A DNA stretch of 32,000 nucleotides from Candidatus Saccharimonadota bacterium. GTDB taxonomy: Bacteria; Pseudomonadota; Gammaproteobacteria; Enterobacterales; Enterobacteriaceae. The notes beneath the pieces were generated by a model. That model searched no databases and was not told the origin of the DNA. It worked only from the letters and a program-made list of their open reading frames with translations. Location: positions 150,001 through 182,000 of the forward strand of contig CP145877.1 of assembly GCA_045690015.1 (NCBI GenBank), read 5' to 3'. Positions 9,511 through 21,726 of this stretch are shown in pieces. The number at the start of each line of letters is the position of its first letter. Position 1 is the first letter of the stretch. Both the position numbers and the translations under genes were made by a program.

Positions 9511-10848
9511 ATGGAAATGATTCTCAATCAATTAAAAAACAACTTAAATGGCCATTTAAAACTGTTAATTGCTTATAGTGGGGGTATAGATTCTACCGTA
9601 TTATTACATCAATTAACACAATTGCGTAAACTGAATTCTCAATTACAATTGCGTGCTATTCATATTAACCATGGTATTAGCCATTATGCAAATTCATGGA
9701 CGCAGCACTGTAAACAACAATGTTTTAAATGGAAAATTCCTTTCTCAACCATTAGTATTAAATTAGATTCAAAGAATAAACAAGATAAAGGAATTGAAGG
9801 TGCTAGTCGGATTGCACGTTATAATGCTCTTTTTAAGGCCGTTTTACCAGAAGAAATTTTATTAACTGCACATCATATGGATGATCAATGTGAAACATTT
9901 TTTTTAGCATTAAAACGAGGTAGTGGACCGTCAGGATTATCCTGTATGCCTTTAATAAGGAATACCATGGAAGGAAAAATGCTATTACGACCATTTTTAA
10001 TGCAAGAGAGGAAAAACATTGAAAAATGGGCTTATCAACATAATTTAGATTGGATTAATGATCATAGCAATGAGGATACCTCTTTTGATCGTAATTTTTT
10101 ACGTCTTAAAGTATTATCGGTATTAAAAAATAAGTGGCCTCACTTTAGTAAAGCTGTAATGCGTAGTGCTAAAATTTGTGCATATCAAGAAAAATTATTA
10201 CGTGATTTCTTAACCGAAATTCTCCAAGATTTAACTAAATCTGATGGAAGTTTAATAATAGACCATTTATACAAATATAGCGAAATTAAGGTTTATGCAA
10301 TCATTAGACAATGGCTAATTAACCATAATGTTATACCATCTTTTAAAATAATTAAATCTATTTGGCGTGAAATAATATGCAGTCGTAAAGATGCATCACC
10401 AAGTATAAAACTTGGAATATATCAAATTAGACGTTATCGTAATGCTATCTATTTAGTTTCTATAATTCCTTCAATGAAAGAACACATACTACATTGGAAA
10501 TTTCCGTGGTTACCATTGAAGTTACCTAATAAATTAGGTGTAGTTAGAAAATTACATCACAGTGAAAGTGAAGGGATGTTTATACGTTGTCCCAACATAG
10601 GAGAAAATGTTACTATACGTTTTAAAGCTAAAGGAAAGTTTTCAATATTAGGACGTGCTGCAGGACATCGTTTGATCAAAAAACTTTGGCAGGAATTTTC
10701 TATTCCTCCATGGTTACGAGAACGTATACCATTGATTTTTTATAATGAAATATTAATAGCTGCATTAGGTATTTTTGTAACCAAGGAAGGTTATACATCT
10801 ACATCTAATAAAAATGGTTGGTATTTAAAATTGGATCAAATTAGCTAA
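9511..10848 (+). CDS. tilS: tRNA(Ile)-lysidine synthase
   Basis: The PP-loop AYSGGIDSTVLLHQL is near the N-terminus, and HINHG and HH.DDQ.ET are present. The length is close to the 432 aa of E. coli. The start is uncertain: I prefer ATG 9511 (or 9517) over the ORF-track GTG at 9490 because of the spacing to the PP-loop. Confidence 0.9.
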   Translation: MEMILNQLKNNLNGHLKLLIAYSGGIDSTVLLHQLTQLRKLNSQLQLRAIHINHGISHYANSWTQHCKQQCFKWKIPFSTISIKLDSKNKQDKGIEGASRIARYNALFKAVLPEEILLTAHHMDDQCETFFLALKRGSGPSGLSCMPLIRNTMEGKMLLRPFLMQERKNIEKWAYQHNLDWINDHSNEDTSFDRNFLRLKVLSVLKNKWPHFSKAVMRSAKICAYQEKLLRDFLTEILQDLTKSDGSLIIDHLYKYSEIKVYAIIRQWLINHNVIPSFKIIKSIWREIICSRKDASPSIKLGIYQIRRYRNAIYLVSIIPSMKEHILHWKFPWLPLKLPNKLGVVRKLHHSESEGMFIRCPNIGENVTIRFKAKGKFSILGRAAGHRLIKKLWQEFSIPPWLRERIPLIFYNEILIAALGIFVTKEGYTSTSNKNGWYLKLDQIS

Positions 10849-10849
10849 T

Positions 10850-12061
10850 TCAAGATTGAATTTTCTTCGTAAGAAAACTAACAATACTTTTAGTATTTAT
10901 TAATATACTTTCTTCTTTATTTCTTTTTTTATATTCCACTTCCTGGAACTTTAAATGGCGATCGCTAATAATAACTATGTGCGGAATTCCTATTAAATCT
11001 ATATCAGCTAACATTACACCTATATGATCTGATCGATCATGGAGAATGGTTTCAATACCTTCTACAGATAGTGAATGATATATTTTTTCAGCGATACTTT
11101 TAACATGTATAGACTTATGAAAATTTATAGGCAAAATTGCTACTTGAAATGGTGCTAATGCAGTTGGCCATATAATGCCATTCTCATCATGATGCTGTTC
11201 AATCACAGCTGCTATCAAACGAGAAATACCTATTCCATAACAGCCCATTGATATTAGTTGGTAATTTCCTTGCTTATTTTTTATTGTAGCATGCATAATG
11301 CTAGAATATTGTGTACCTAATTTAAAAATATGTCCTACTTCGATAAAATCTCTACTACTAATATTTAAAGATTTACCAGTAACATCATTAGGTTGGTTTA
11401 AATATTGAGAATTTTTTTTACTCAATACTTGAAATTCATGAGAAATATTTCCGCCAATAGCACCAGTATCAGCTAGTACTACGCGATAATGTAAATTTAA
11501 CTTCTTAAGTATTTTAGTATAAGTACTATACATTATTGTATACATTTCTTCTAGAGATTCTTGGTTCATATGGAACGAATAAGCATCTTTCATGATAAAT
11601 TCCCGTGATCGCATTACACCAAAACGTGGTCTAATTTCATCACGAAATTTAGTTTGAATTTGATATAAATTTAATGGTAATTGTTTATATGAATTAAGCT
11701 CAGTACGCATTAAAGCTGTAATAATTTCTTCATGCGTAGGACCTAATACAAAATTACGACTTTTACGATCAACTAAACGTAGTAACTCTGGTCCATATTG
11801 GTTCCACCGACCGCTTTCTTGCCATAATTCAGCAGGTTGAACTAATGGCATATAAATCTCTAAAGCACCTATTTTATTCATTTCGTTACGTACTATTTGT
11901 TCCATATTTCTTAATATACGTATACCTGTAGGTAACCAACTATATAAACCAGATGCTATCTGACGAATTAATCCCGCACGTAACATTAACTGATGGCTAA
12001 TAATTTCTGTATTCTTAGGTGTTGATTTTAATGTAAAGAGAATGTATTGAGAAGTACGCAT
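10850..12061 (-). CDS. proS: Prolyl-tRNA synthetase lacking the INS editing domain
   Basis: 403 aa versus 572 aa in E. coli. The N-terminus [26 protein letters not shown], motif 2 ([25 protein letters not shown]), motif 3 ([17 protein letters not shown]) and the anticodon-binding C-terminus are all colinear. Between HEFQVL and IEVGHIF there are only about 26 aa, instead of roughly 190-200 aa. Confidence 0.95.
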   Translation of the reverse strand: MRTSQYILFTLKSTPKNTEIISHQLMLRAGLIRQIASGLYSWLPTGIRILRNMEQIVRNEMNKIGALEIYMPLVQPAELWQESGRWNQYGPELLRLVDRKSRNFVLGPTHEEIITALMRTELNSYKQLPLNLYQIQTKFRDEIRPRFGVMRSREFIMKDAYSFHMNQESLEEMYTIMYSTYTKILKKLNLHYRVVLADTGAIGGNISHEFQVLSKKNSQYLNQPNDVTGKSLNISSRDFIEVGHIFKLGTQYSSIMHATIKNKQGNYQLISMGCYGIGISRLIAAVIEQHHDENGIIWPTALAPFQVAILPINFHKSIHVKSIAEKIYHSLSVEGIETILHDRSDHIGVMLADIDLIGIPHIVIISDRHLKFQEVEYKKRNKEESILINTKSIVSFLTKKIQS

Positions 12062-12087
12062 ACATATTTTATAATAAGTACAATTAA

Positions 12088-15000
12088 CTAATTTATAATT
12101 TCATCAGAGTTTAATAATTCTGCCAAAGTTGCCGTAGCTTCTTCACTAGTAATTTTTTGTGCCATTTTTTTACGTCGGCGTAATCTTTGTTGATGATGAG
12201 AATAACCAGTACCTGCAGGAATTAATCGACCTACTATCACATTTTCTTTTAATCCTCGTAGTTCATCATTTTTACCTGCTACTGCTGCTTCTGTTAATAC
12301 ACGTGTAGTTTCCTGAAATGAAGCGGCTGAAATAAAAGATTCCGTTGCTAAAGATGCTTTAGTAATTCCCAATAAATCACGTTGATAAGTGGCTTTAATT
12401 TTACCCTTTTTTTGTAATTCATTATTTACTATTTTAACTCTAGAATATTCTACTTGTTCTCCATCTAAAAAGATAGAATCTCCAGCATTCTTAATAGTTA
12501 CTTTACGTAACATCTGGCGTACAATAACTTCAATATGTTTATCATTAATTTTCACTCCTTGTAAACGATAAACTTCCTGCACTTCATTTGTAATATATTC
12601 TGTTACCGCGTGTATTCCACGTAACCGTAAAATATCATGTGGAGATTCTGGACCATCAGAAATTACATCACCACGTTCTACATATTCTCCTTCAAGAACA
12701 TTCAATTGTCTCCATTTCGGAATCATTTCTTCGTATGCTTGATTATCTTTATCTAAGGGGGTTATTACTAAGCGGCGTTTTCCTTTAGTCTCTTTACCAA
12801 AAGAAACTATTCCCTCAATTTCTGCTAGTATTGCCGGTTCTTTAGGACGACGAGCTTCAAACAGATCTGCAACACGAGGTAATCCTCCTGTAATATCTTT
12901 TGTACCTACTGATTCTTGAGGTACTCTTGCTAGAGTATCTCCAGAATTTACCCAGATATTATCTTCAAGCTGAATAATTGCTGTACCAGGAAGAAAATAT
13001 TGTGCTGGCATATCTGTACCTGGTAAAAGTACTTCTTGTCCATCATCATAAACAATTTTTAAAGCTGGTCTTAAATCTTTACTTCCAGAAGGACGTTCTG
13101 CTGTATCTAAAACTACCATAGAAGATAAACCAGTTAATTCATCAGTTTGACGAATGATAGTTTGCCCATCAATCATATCTGTAAATTTAATAAAACCACT
13201 AACCTCTGTTATGATAGGCATTGTATGTGGATCCCAATTAGATATTATTTCACCTGCATGAACCCTTTCCTGATTTTCTTTGGTTAGAATAGCACCATAA
13301 GGTACTTTGTAATTTTCTTTAGTGCGACCTAATTCATCGATTATTTTTAATTCTACATTTCTAGATGTAATAACTAATTTTTTCTCAGAATTTTTAACAA
13401 ATTTTGCATTGATTAATTTTAACCATCCATCATTCTTTACTTCAATACTTGATTCTGCTGCAGAACGTGATGCAGCACCTCCTATATGAAAGGTACGCAT
13501 AGTTAACTGGGTACCGGGTTCTCCAATAGATTGAGCTGCTATAACTCCTACTGCTTCGCCCTTGTTAATCAAATGGCCCCGTGCTAAATCCCTCCCATAA
13601 CAGTAAGCACATACTCCAAAATTAGTATTACAAGTAACTACTGAACGTACTCTTACCGCATCGATAAAATTATTCTCTAAGAGCTCACACAATTGTTCAT
13701 TTAATAAAGTATTGCGTGATATCAATATATCATCTGTACTATTGGGTTTTAATATATCTTGTGCAGTTACACGACCTAATACTCGTTCTCGTAGAGATTC
13801 CTTAATTTCACCTCCTTCAATTACTGGGGTCATTAAAATCCCCTCAATAGTCTTACAATCATCTTCGGTTACAACTAAATCTTGTGCTACATCAACTAAT
13901 CTACGAGTTAAATATCCAGAGTTTGCAGTTTTTAACGCAGTATCTGCTAATCCTTTACGAGCTCCATGTGTAGAAATGAAATACTGAAGTACATTAAGAC
14001 CTTCACGAAAATTAACCGTAATTGGAGTTTCAATAATAGAACCATCTGGTCTCGCCATTAAACCACGTATTCCTGCTAATTGACGTATTTGTGCAGCTGA
14101 ACCTCGAGCACCTGAATCTGCCATCATAAAAATACTATTGAAGGAATTTTGTATTTCTTCTTGACCTTTGCTATTTTTTACTTTTTCTATTGAAAGAGTT
14201 TCCATCATGGCTTTAGCAATACGTTCATTTGCAGTTGCCCAAATATCTATTACTTTATTATAACGTTCTCCTGCAGTCACTAAACCTGAATTAAATTGAT
14301 CTTGAATAGCTGCTACTTCTTTTTCTGCTTCTTTCACTATTTCTTCTTTATTATTTGGAATAATCATATCATCAATACCAACTGATGCACCAGAACGGGT
14401 AGCATAGGCAAAACCACGATACATAATTTGATCAGCAAATAAAACAGTTTCTTTTAATCCTAAAAGACGATAACATGCATTTAATAAATTTGAGATAGAT
14501 TTTTTGCCTAAAGTTTGATTTACTAGATTATATGGTAAACCTTTAGGTACAATCATCCAAAAAATAGCCCTACCAATAGTAGTATTTACTAAACTAGTTT
14601 TAGATAATAAACCTGCTTCATTATCTTTTTTAACATATTCTGTAATTCGTACTTTTACACGCGCATGTAGTTCTGCTAATCCTGCATGATAAATATGTTC
14701 AGCTTCTTTAGGATCGATTAAGATCATGCCTTCTCCTTTTGCATTCACTTTATCTCTAGTCATATAATATAATCCTAAAACTACATCCTGAGATGGAACA
14801 ATAATTGGTTCACCATTCGCAGGAGAAAGAATATTATTAGTCGACATCATCAATGCACGAGCTTCCAATTGTGCCTCTAAGGTTAATGGTACATGAACTG
14901 CCATTTGATCTCCATCAAAATCTGCATTATATGCAGCACATACCAGAGGATGTAGCTGAATTGCTTTACCTTCAATTAAAACTGGTTCAAAAGCTTGAAT

Positions 15001-16302
15001 TCCTAACCGATGTAAAGTTGGAGCTCTATTTAATAATACTGGATGTTCACGAATTACATCTTCAAGTATATCCCATACGATAGGTTCTTCTTTTTCAACC
15101 ATTTTTTTTGCAGCTTTTATAGTAGTTGCTAAGCCTTGTGACTCTAACTTTCCATAAATAAAAGGTTTAAACAATTCCAATGCCATTTTTTTTGGTAAAC
15201 CACATTGATGTAGACGTAAATAAGGTCCCACAGTAATGACTGAACGACCTGAATAATCAACACGTTTGCCTAATAAATTTTGCCGAAATCTTCCTTGTTT
15301 ACCTTTAATCATATCAGCTAGAGACTTTAAAGCACGTTTATTAGAACCTGTAATAGCGCGAGTACGTCGACCATTATCTAAAAGAGCATCAACTGCTTCT
15401 TGTAACATTCTCTTTTCATTTCGTACGATGATATCGGGAGCAGCTAATTCTAATAATCTTTTTAATCTATTATTACGATTGATGACACGACGATATAAAT
15501 CATTTAAATCTGAAGTTGCAAAACGACCACCATCTAATGGTACTAGAGGACGTAAATCAGGGGGTAATACTGGTAAAACGCTTAGAATCATCCATTCGGG
15601 TTTATTCCCCGATTGTATAAAAGATTCTAATATCTTAATGCGCTTAGCTAATTTTTTGCGTTTACTTTCGGAAGTAGTCTTCTCAAGTTCTTCACGAAGC
15701 TGTTGACATTCACTTTGTAGATTTACATTCCTTAAAAGATGTTGAATAGCTTCTGCTCCCATTTTAGCCTCAAATTCATCCCCAAACTCTTCCAAGGCAT
15801 CAAAATATTGTTTTTCTGTTAAAATTTGACCACGTTCTAGATTACTTACTCCTTCATCGACAATTACATATGATTCAAAGTATAAAATCCGTTCTATATC
15901 ACGAAGTTGCATATCTAACAATAAACCTATACGTGATGGTAAAGATTTTAAAAACCAAATATGTGCTATAGGAGAAGCAAGTTCTATATGTGCCATACGT
16001 TCACGACGTACTTTAGTTTGTGTAACTTCAACGCCACATTTTTCACAAATTACGCCTCTATGCTTTAGACGTTTATATTTTCCACATAAGCATTCATAAT
16101 CTTTTATTGGTCCAAAAATGCGTGCACAAAATAAACCATCACGTTCTGGTTTAAATGTACGATAATTAATGGTTTCTGGTTTTTTAACCTCGCCAAACGA
16201 CCAAGAACGAATCATATCTGGAGATGCTAAAGAAATTTTAATAGCGTCAAATTCTTGAGTTTTACTTTGTTGCGACTTTAAAAGGTTTAGTAAATCTTTC
16301 AC
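12088..16302 (-). CDS. rpoC: DNA-directed RNA polymerase beta' subunit
   Basis: 1404 aa and near-identical to E. coli RpoC over long stretches, including the Zn finger [23 protein letters not shown], the active site [12 protein letters not shown], and the trigger-loop and SI3-length region. It starts at GTG as in E. coli, with GGGAG upstream. Confidence 0.99.
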   Translation of the reverse strand: MKDLLNLLKSQQSKTQEFDAIKISLASPDMIRSWSFGEVKKPETINYRTFKPERDGLFCARIFGPIKDYECLCGKYKRLKHRGVICEKCGVEVTQTKVRRERMAHIELASPIAHIWFLKSLPSRIGLLLDMQLRDIERILYFESYVIVDEGVSNLERGQILTEKQYFDALEEFGDEFEAKMGAEAIQHLLRNVNLQSECQQLREELEKTTSESKRKKLAKRIKILESFIQSGNKPEWMILSVLPVLPPDLRPLVPLDGGRFATSDLNDLYRRVINRNNRLKRLLELAAPDIIVRNEKRMLQEAVDALLDNGRRTRAITGSNKRALKSLADMIKGKQGRFRQNLLGKRVDYSGRSVITVGPYLRLHQCGLPKKMALELFKPFIYGKLESQGLATTIKAAKKMVEKEEPIVWDILEDVIREHPVLLNRAPTLHRLGIQAFEPVLIEGKAIQLHPLVCAAYNADFDGDQMAVHVPLTLEAQLEARALMMSTNNILSPANGEPIIVPSQDVVLGLYYMTRDKVNAKGEGMILIDPKEAEHIYHAGLAELHARVKVRITEYVKKDNEAGLLSKTSLVNTTIGRAIFWMIVPKGLPYNLVNQTLGKKSISNLLNACYRLLGLKETVLFADQIMYRGFAYATRSGASVGIDDMIIPNNKEEIVKEAEKEVAAIQDQFNSGLVTAGERYNKVIDIWATANERIAKAMMETLSIEKVKNSKGQEEIQNSFNSIFMMADSGARGSAAQIRQLAGIRGLMARPDGSIIETPITVNFREGLNVLQYFISTHGARKGLADTALKTANSGYLTRRLVDVAQDLVVTEDDCKTIEGILMTPVIEGGEIKESLRERVLGRVTAQDILKPNSTDDILISRNTLLNEQLCELLENNFIDAVRVRSVVTCNTNFGVCAYCYGRDLARGHLINKGEAVGVIAAQSIGEPGTQLTMRTFHIGGAASRSAAESSIEVKNDGWLKLINAKFVKNSEKKLVITSRNVELKIIDELGRTKENYKVPYGAILTKENQERVHAGEIISNWDPHTMPIITEVSGFIKFTDMIDGQTIIRQTDELTGLSSMVVLDTAERPSGSKDLRPALKIVYDDGQEVLLPGTDMPAQYFLPGTAIIQLEDNIWVNSGDTLARVPQESVGTKDITGGLPRVADLFEARRPKEPAILAEIEGIVSFGKETKGKRRLVITPLDKDNQAYEEMIPKWRQLNVLEGEYVERGDVISDGPESPHDILRLRGIHAVTEYITNEVQEVYRLQGVKINDKHIEVIVRQMLRKVTIKNAGDSIFLDGEQVEYSRVKIVNNELQKKGKIKATYQRDLLGITKASLATESFISAASFQETTRVLTEAAVAGKNDELRGLKENVIVGRLIPAGTGYSHHQQRLRRRKKMAQKITSEEATATLAELLNSDEIIN

Positions 16303-16383
16303 AAATGAAGCTCCCTACTGGTATAAATAATACTAATCAGTCATTAGTGTATTTTTTCGATTCTATTTACTATTAAATATTTA

Positions 16384-19300
16384 TTACTTTTCTTCTAATT
16401 CTATGTTTATTCCTAATGATCTAATTTCTTTTAGTAGAACGTTAAATGATTCTGGCATGCCTGGTTCCATTTCATGATTACCATCTACAATGTTTTTATA
16501 CATTTTAGTTCTACCATTAACATCATCAGATTTAATAGTCAGCATTTCCTGTAGAGTGTAAGCCGCCCCATACGCTTCTAAAGCCCAAACTTCCATTTCC
16601 CCGAAACGTTGTCCACCAAATTGTGCTTTACCACCTAAAGGCTGTTGGGTTACTAGACTATAAGAACCAGTAGAACGAGCATGCATTTTATCATCAACTA
16701 AATGATTTAATTTCAACATATACATATATCCAACCGTAACCGGCCGTTCAAATTTATCCCCCGTGCGTCCATCAAATAAAGTAATTTGACCAGATGTTGG
16801 TAAATCAGCTAACTGAAGCATTTGTTTAATTTCTGACTCGGTAGCACCATCAAATACGGGAGTGGCAACTGGGATACCCTTACAAAAATTTTCTGCCAAT
16901 TGTATAATCTCGGAATCAGAAAAAGTATTTAAATCTACCGGATTTCTTAAATTTGTTCCTATATTATACACTTTTTGAATAAAATTTCTTAAGATAGCCG
17001 CACATTTATATTGTTTGAGCAACCTATTAATTTGCTCTCCAATACCTTTTGCTGCCATTCCTAAATGAGTTTCTAAAATTTGACCAATATTCATTCGAGA
17101 TGGAACACCTAAAGGATTTAATATTATATCTACTGGAACTCCATTTTCATCATATGGCATATCTTCGATTGGATTAATTTTAGATATTACTCCTTTATTA
17201 CCATGTCGACCAGCAATCTTATCTCCTAGTTGAATTTGACGTTTTACCGCTAAGCAAACTTTAACTACTTTTAATACTCCTGGAGCTAAATCATCACCTT
17301 CAGTAATTTTATTATATTTCTCTTCATATTCAGATTTTATCTGATCTTTAAAATCACTAAATAGTGCAATAATTGAATTTAATTCTTTTTGCTTGTTTTC
17401 CTCATCTAAATGAATGTTAGACAAATTTTCTAATTCAAATCTATTGAACTTTTCTTTAGATATTCCACATGATAATAAGAAATTTTCTATAATTGACTCG
17501 AACTTTTTTTGTAAAAAATCTAATTGCTCGTAATAATCCTTTTGTGCCTGAGTAATTAACATTTCTTCTATTTCAATACTTCTCTTATCTTTTTTTAGAC
17601 CATCACGGGTAAATATTTGTACATCAATCACTGAACCTGATACCCCATTTGGAACCCGCAGAGAAGAATCTTTAACATCTGAAGCTTTTTCTCCGAAAAT
17701 TGCCCTTAAGAGTTTCTCTTCTGGTGTTAATTGTGTTTCACCTTTAGGTGTAACTTTTCCTACTAATATGTCACCTCCCGAAACCTCTGCACCAATATAA
17801 ACTATACCAGATTCATCTAATTTAGATAATGCACTTTCACTGACATTTGGTATATCTGATGTAATTTCTTCAGGACCTAATTTAGTATCACGAGATATGC
17901 ACGAAAATTCCTGAATATGAATACTAGTAAAAAGATCTTCATGTACTAAACGTTCAGAAATAAGAATTGAATCTTCAAAATTATAACCATGCCATGGCAT
18001 AAACGCTACTCGCATATTGTGACCAAGTGCAAGTTCTCCAAGATCAATAGATGGTCCATCTGCTAATAGATCTCCTTGATTTACTAAATCACCTATTGAT
18101 ACACAAGGTTTATGATTAATACATGTATTTTGATTTGAGCGAGCATATTTAGTTAAATTGTAAATATCAATTCCGATTTGACTTTCATAGATTTCATCTT
18201 CTTTAACTTTAACTACAATCTTAGATGCATCCACATATTCTATTTTTCCAGATCGTTGAGCCATTACTGAAACTCCTGAATCAATAGCTACTGTTCTTTC
18301 CATACCTGTACCTACTAAAGGCTTTTCCGATCGTAACGTTGGTACTGCTTGACGCTGCATATTAGCTCCCATTAAAGCACGATTAGCATCATCATGCTCT
18401 AAAAATGGTATAAGCGATGCTCCTACTGATACTAATTGCTGAGGAGCAATATCAATATAATTAATTAGTTTACGATTGCATAAAGCTGATTCACCTTGAA
18501 CACGACAAGCTAACATCTCTTCTTTAAAAATTGAATTTTTATCTACAGGCGCGTTTGCAGGAGCAATAATATAGTTAGTTTCTTGCATGGCAGAAAGATA
18601 ATGAATTTCATCCGTTACTTTTCCTTCACGTACTACCCGATAGGGAGTTTCTAAAAAACCATATTCATTAGTTTGAGCATATACTGATAAAGAATTAATT
18701 AAACCAATGTTTGGCCCTTCTGGAGTTTCTATAGGACATAGTCGGCCATAATGACTTGGGTGAACATCTCTCACTTCAAATCCAGCTCGTTCTCTGGTTA
18801 ATCCTCCGGGTCCTAGAGCTGAAATACGACGTTTATGAGTTACTTCTGATAAAGGATTAGTTTGATCCATAAATTGCGACAACTGACTTGAAATAAAAAA
18901 TTCTTTTACAGCGGCAGAAATAGGTTTTGCATTTACAAGATCTTGAGGTATTAAATCAGTATCATTTATTGATAATCTCTCTTTTACTGCTCGTTCTAAG
19001 CGTATTAAACCAATGCGAAATTGATTTTCAATCATTTCACCCACCGAACGAATCCTCCGATTTCCTAAATGATCTATATCATCTATACTTCCCTTACCAT
19101 TACGAATACTAATCAGTTTTTTTATAACATTGATAATATCATGGGGAGTTAAAATTCCTAGACCTGGAACATCTTTTTGATTTACTGAAAGATTTAATTT
19201 CATGCGTCCTACTGATGATAAATCATATTTATCTTCTGAAAACAACAGATTTTTAAATAAAATTTCTGCATTTTCACATGTTGGAGGTTCTCCTGGTCGC

Positions 19301-20424
19301 ATTACACGATAAATCTCCATCAAAGCACTAGATTTGTCAGTAGAAGGATCAATACGCATTGTTTCTGAAATATAAGGTCCATGATCAAGATCATTAGTAA
19401 ATATAGTATAAATAAATTTATATCCTGCTTGACTAATCTTATCTAATAATTCTAGTGATAATTCAGTATTTGCACTACAGATTAATTCTCCGGTGATAGA
19501 ATTATAGTAATCTTTCGCAACTACTTTACCTACAATATATTCAATAGGAACTTCAATCTCTTTTAAATGATCTTTTTTCAATAGACGAATATGTCTAGAT
19601 GTAATGCGTCTACCTTTTTCAACATAAATAATGCCATTAGATTCAATATTAAAAGGAATAGTTTCTCCACGTAATCTTTCAGGAACTAATTCCATTTTTA
19701 ATTTATTATTTTTTATTTCAAATTTTACTTTATCAAAAAAAATATCAAGAATTTCTTCGGTGCTATAATTCATAGCACGTAAAATAATAGTGACTGGTAA
19801 TTTACGACGTCTATCTATACGAATAAACAGATGATCTTTAGGATCAAATTCAAAATCTAACCATGATCCTCGATATGGAATAATACGAGCATTATATAAT
19901 ACTTTACCTGAAGAATGAGTTTTTCCTTTATCACTGTCAAAAAAAACTCCGGGACTACGATGCAATTGAGATACTATAACTCTTTCAATTCCATTGATTA
20001 CAAAGGTACCATTTTGCGTCATAAGAGGAATTTCTCCCATATATACTTCCTGTTCTTTAATAGATTTTACATTAATATTTTCAGAACCTGGAGATTCCCT
20101 ATCATACATTACTAGACGCACTATCACCCGTAAGGAAGCAGAAAAGGTTAATCCACGCATTTGACACTCTTTTACATTAAAGATTGGATTACCTAGTCGA
20201 TAACTAATATACTGCAATTCATAATTACAATTATGGTTTTTAATAGGGAAAATCGAACGAAATGCCGCTTCTAAACCCGAATTACCTTCGGGATCTTTAG
20301 ATACAAATTTTTGAAATGAATCTAATTGGATAGAAAGAAGATACGGAACATCTAATAATAGTGAACGTTTACCAAAATCCTTACGGATGCGTTTTTTTTC
20401 TGTATGGGAATAAGATTCAGCCAT
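16384..20424 (-). CDS. rpoB: DNA-directed RNA polymerase beta subunit
   Basis: 1346 aa and colinear with E. coli RpoB, including [15 protein letters not shown], the rifampicin region [29 protein letters not shown], and the C-terminal [22 protein letters not shown]. Confidence 0.99.
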   Translation of the reverse strand: MAESYSHTEKKRIRKDFGKRSLLLDVPYLLSIQLDSFQKFVSKDPEGNSGLEAAFRSIFPIKNHNCNYELQYISYRLGNPIFNVKECQMRGLTFSASLRVIVRLVMYDRESPGSENINVKSIKEQEVYMGEIPLMTQNGTFVINGIERVIVSQLHRSPGVFFDSDKGKTHSSGKVLYNARIIPYRGSWLDFEFDPKDHLFIRIDRRRKLPVTIILRAMNYSTEEILDIFFDKVKFEIKNNKLKMELVPERLRGETIPFNIESNGIIYVEKGRRITSRHIRLLKKDHLKEIEVPIEYIVGKVVAKDYYNSITGELICSANTELSLELLDKISQAGYKFIYTIFTNDLDHGPYISETMRIDPSTDKSSALMEIYRVMRPGEPPTCENAEILFKNLLFSEDKYDLSSVGRMKLNLSVNQKDVPGLGILTPHDIINVIKKLISIRNGKGSIDDIDHLGNRRIRSVGEMIENQFRIGLIRLERAVKERLSINDTDLIPQDLVNAKPISAAVKEFFISSQLSQFMDQTNPLSEVTHKRRISALGPGGLTRERAGFEVRDVHPSHYGRLCPIETPEGPNIGLINSLSVYAQTNEYGFLETPYRVVREGKVTDEIHYLSAMQETNYIIAPANAPVDKNSIFKEEMLACRVQGESALCNRKLINYIDIAPQQLVSVGASLIPFLEHDDANRALMGANMQRQAVPTLRSEKPLVGTGMERTVAIDSGVSVMAQRSGKIEYVDASKIVVKVKEDEIYESQIGIDIYNLTKYARSNQNTCINHKPCVSIGDLVNQGDLLADGPSIDLGELALGHNMRVAFMPWHGYNFEDSILISERLVHEDLFTSIHIQEFSCISRDTKLGPEEITSDIPNVSESALSKLDESGIVYIGAEVSGGDILVGKVTPKGETQLTPEEKLLRAIFGEKASDVKDSSLRVPNGVSGSVIDVQIFTRDGLKKDKRSIEIEEMLITQAQKDYYEQLDFLQKKFESIIENFLLSCGISKEKFNRFELENLSNIHLDEENKQKELNSIIALFSDFKDQIKSEYEEKYNKITEGDDLAPGVLKVVKVCLAVKRQIQLGDKIAGRHGNKGVISKINPIEDMPYDENGVPVDIILNPLGVPSRMNIGQILETHLGMAAKGIGEQINRLLKQYKCAAILRNFIQKVYNIGTNLRNPVDLNTFSDSEIIQLAENFCKGIPVATPVFDGATESEIKQMLQLADLPTSGQITLFDGRTGDKFERPVTVGYMYMLKLNHLVDDKMHARSTGSYSLVTQQPLGGKAQFGGQRFGEMEVWALEAYGAAYTLQEMLTIKSDDVNGRTKMYKNIVDGNHEMEPGMPESFNVLLKEIRSLGINIELEEK

Positions 20425-20525
20425 AAATTTTAGGGTTCCTTAGTTTATTTGTTGAAAAAACACTCAATGTTTTAAATAACAATGAACACCATATCTTTTG
20501 GATCTACTTACAAGAAGGCATAAAT

Positions 20526-20548
20526 AGGCGGGTATAATTAGCCCGCTT
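20526..20548 (-). terminator. Weak GC-stem hairpin in the rplL-rpoB spacer, a possible attenuator analogue
   Basis: The minus-strand RNA reads GCGGG-CUAAUUAUA-CCCGC, a 5 bp all-GC stem, followed by CUAUUUAUGCCUUCUUG. This is the only GC-rich inverted repeat I noticed in the spacers I read closely. It lies where E. coli has the partial terminator between rplL and rpoB. The stem is short and the U-tract poor. Confidence 0.3.
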
Positions 20549-20613
20549 ATGTTACACCATACATAGAACTTAATCTTACTTAATTGAAGAAACAGCTTGT
20601 CTTATTATTGGAT

Positions 20614-20994
20614 TTATTTAAGTTCAATAGAAGCACCAGCCTCTTCTAATGTTTTTTTGATAGCATCAGCGTTCTCTTTACTAATGCTTTCTTTAATTAT
20701 AACCGGTGCCGACTCAACTAAATCTTTAGCATCTTTTAATCCTAAACCGGTTATTCCTCGTACTGCTTTAATTAATGCAATTTTATTATTACCAATTGCA
20801 GTTAAAACAACATCAAATTCCGTTTGTTCCTCAATTTCTTCAGTGCTTGATCCTGATGAAGTTACAGAAGGAACAGTTAGAGCAGCAGCTGAAACCCCAA
20901 ATTTATTTTCTATAGCAGAGACTAGATCTGTAATTTCGATTACAGACATTTTTGCAATAGCTTCTAGGATATCTTCTTTAGTGATAATAGACAT
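20614..20994 (-). CDS. rplL: 50S ribosomal protein L7/L12
   Basis: 126 aa. The N-terminus [18 protein letters not shown] and the C-terminal domain [22 protein letters not shown]...[11 protein letters not shown] match E. coli L7/L12. Confidence 0.98.
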   Translation of the reverse strand: MSIITKEDILEAIAKMSVIEITDLVSAIENKFGVSAAALTVPSVTSSGSSTEEIEEQTEFDVVLTAIGNNKIALIKAVRGITGLGLKDAKDLVESAPVIIKESISKENADAIKKTLEEAGASIELK

Positions 20995-21100
20995 AACAAT
21001 TATTATTCCTAATAGTCAGTAATAATTTATAAATTAACCAATAAAATAAAAAACCATAAAATGATGAGTTAGTTGAATAAGTATTCAATTACTAAATTAT

Positions 21101-21613
21101 CTATGTTAAATGAGAATTAATAGATTTTTGATGGCGACATGCCATAATAGTACGAATTAATTTTCCAATAGATGCTTCTTGTAGAGCTTTTATAAGTTTC
21201 ACTAATGCTTCTTCGTAAGTTGGAAGTGTTGCTAAAGATTCTATTTCTTCTTCAGTTAGCATTAACTTTCCCTCAAAAATTGCAGCTTTAATCTTGAAGG
21301 TTATATTATGTTTAGCGAAATCCTTCAATAATCGAGCAGCCGCTCCCGGATGTTGATGAGAAAAAGCAATTAGTGTAGGACCAACTAATAAATTTTCTAA
21401 TCCTTTAAAAGATGTTCCATTCACAATAATACGTAACAAAGTATTACGTACCACATGCATCGACACCCCTACTTCACGAGCAGATTTACGCAAAGCGTTG
21501 ATCTTATTTACTGTTATTCCACGATTCTCTGATAACACTACTGATACTGCTTTTTTAGCAATTTCATTTACTTGTTTTACAATAGCTTTTTTTGCTTTTA
21601 ATTTTAATGCCAT
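21101..21613 (-). CDS. rplJ: 50S ribosomal protein L10
   Basis: 170 aa. MHVVRNTLL, VGPTLIAFS..HPGAAARL and LATLPTYEEA match E. coli L10. GGAG lies about 12 nt upstream. Confidence 0.97.
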   Translation of the reverse strand: MALKLKAKKAIVKQVNEIAKKAVSVVLSENRGITVNKINALRKSAREVGVSMHVVRNTLLRIIVNGTSFKGLENLLVGPTLIAFSHQHPGAAARLLKDFAKHNITFKIKAAIFEGKLMLTEEEIESLATLPTYEEALVKLIKALQEASIGKLIRTIMACRHQKSINSHLT

Positions 21614-21726
21614 TATTATTTTTTACTCCAAGTCTAATATTTAATTAACTTTAAATAAAGTGACTTACTGCACTTATACTACGACTGCCTATCCCTGGTT
21701 TTTTTCATCTGGCATATGATTTGGTT

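Noticed and set aside
15266-15706. 146-aa plus-strand ORF inside rpoC. Similar short antisense ORFs lie at 12389-12571, 13712-13987 and 14853-15083 in rpoC, and at 18927-19112 and 19915-20115 in rpoB.
   Set aside because: All are antisense to near-identical RNA polymerase coding sequence. They have no start context and no recognisable similarity, so I treat them as shadow ORFs.
20597-21022. 141-aa plus-strand ORF covering the whole of rplL
   Set aside because: The minus-strand frame encodes an unmistakable L7/L12. The plus-strand ORF is its antisense shadow.
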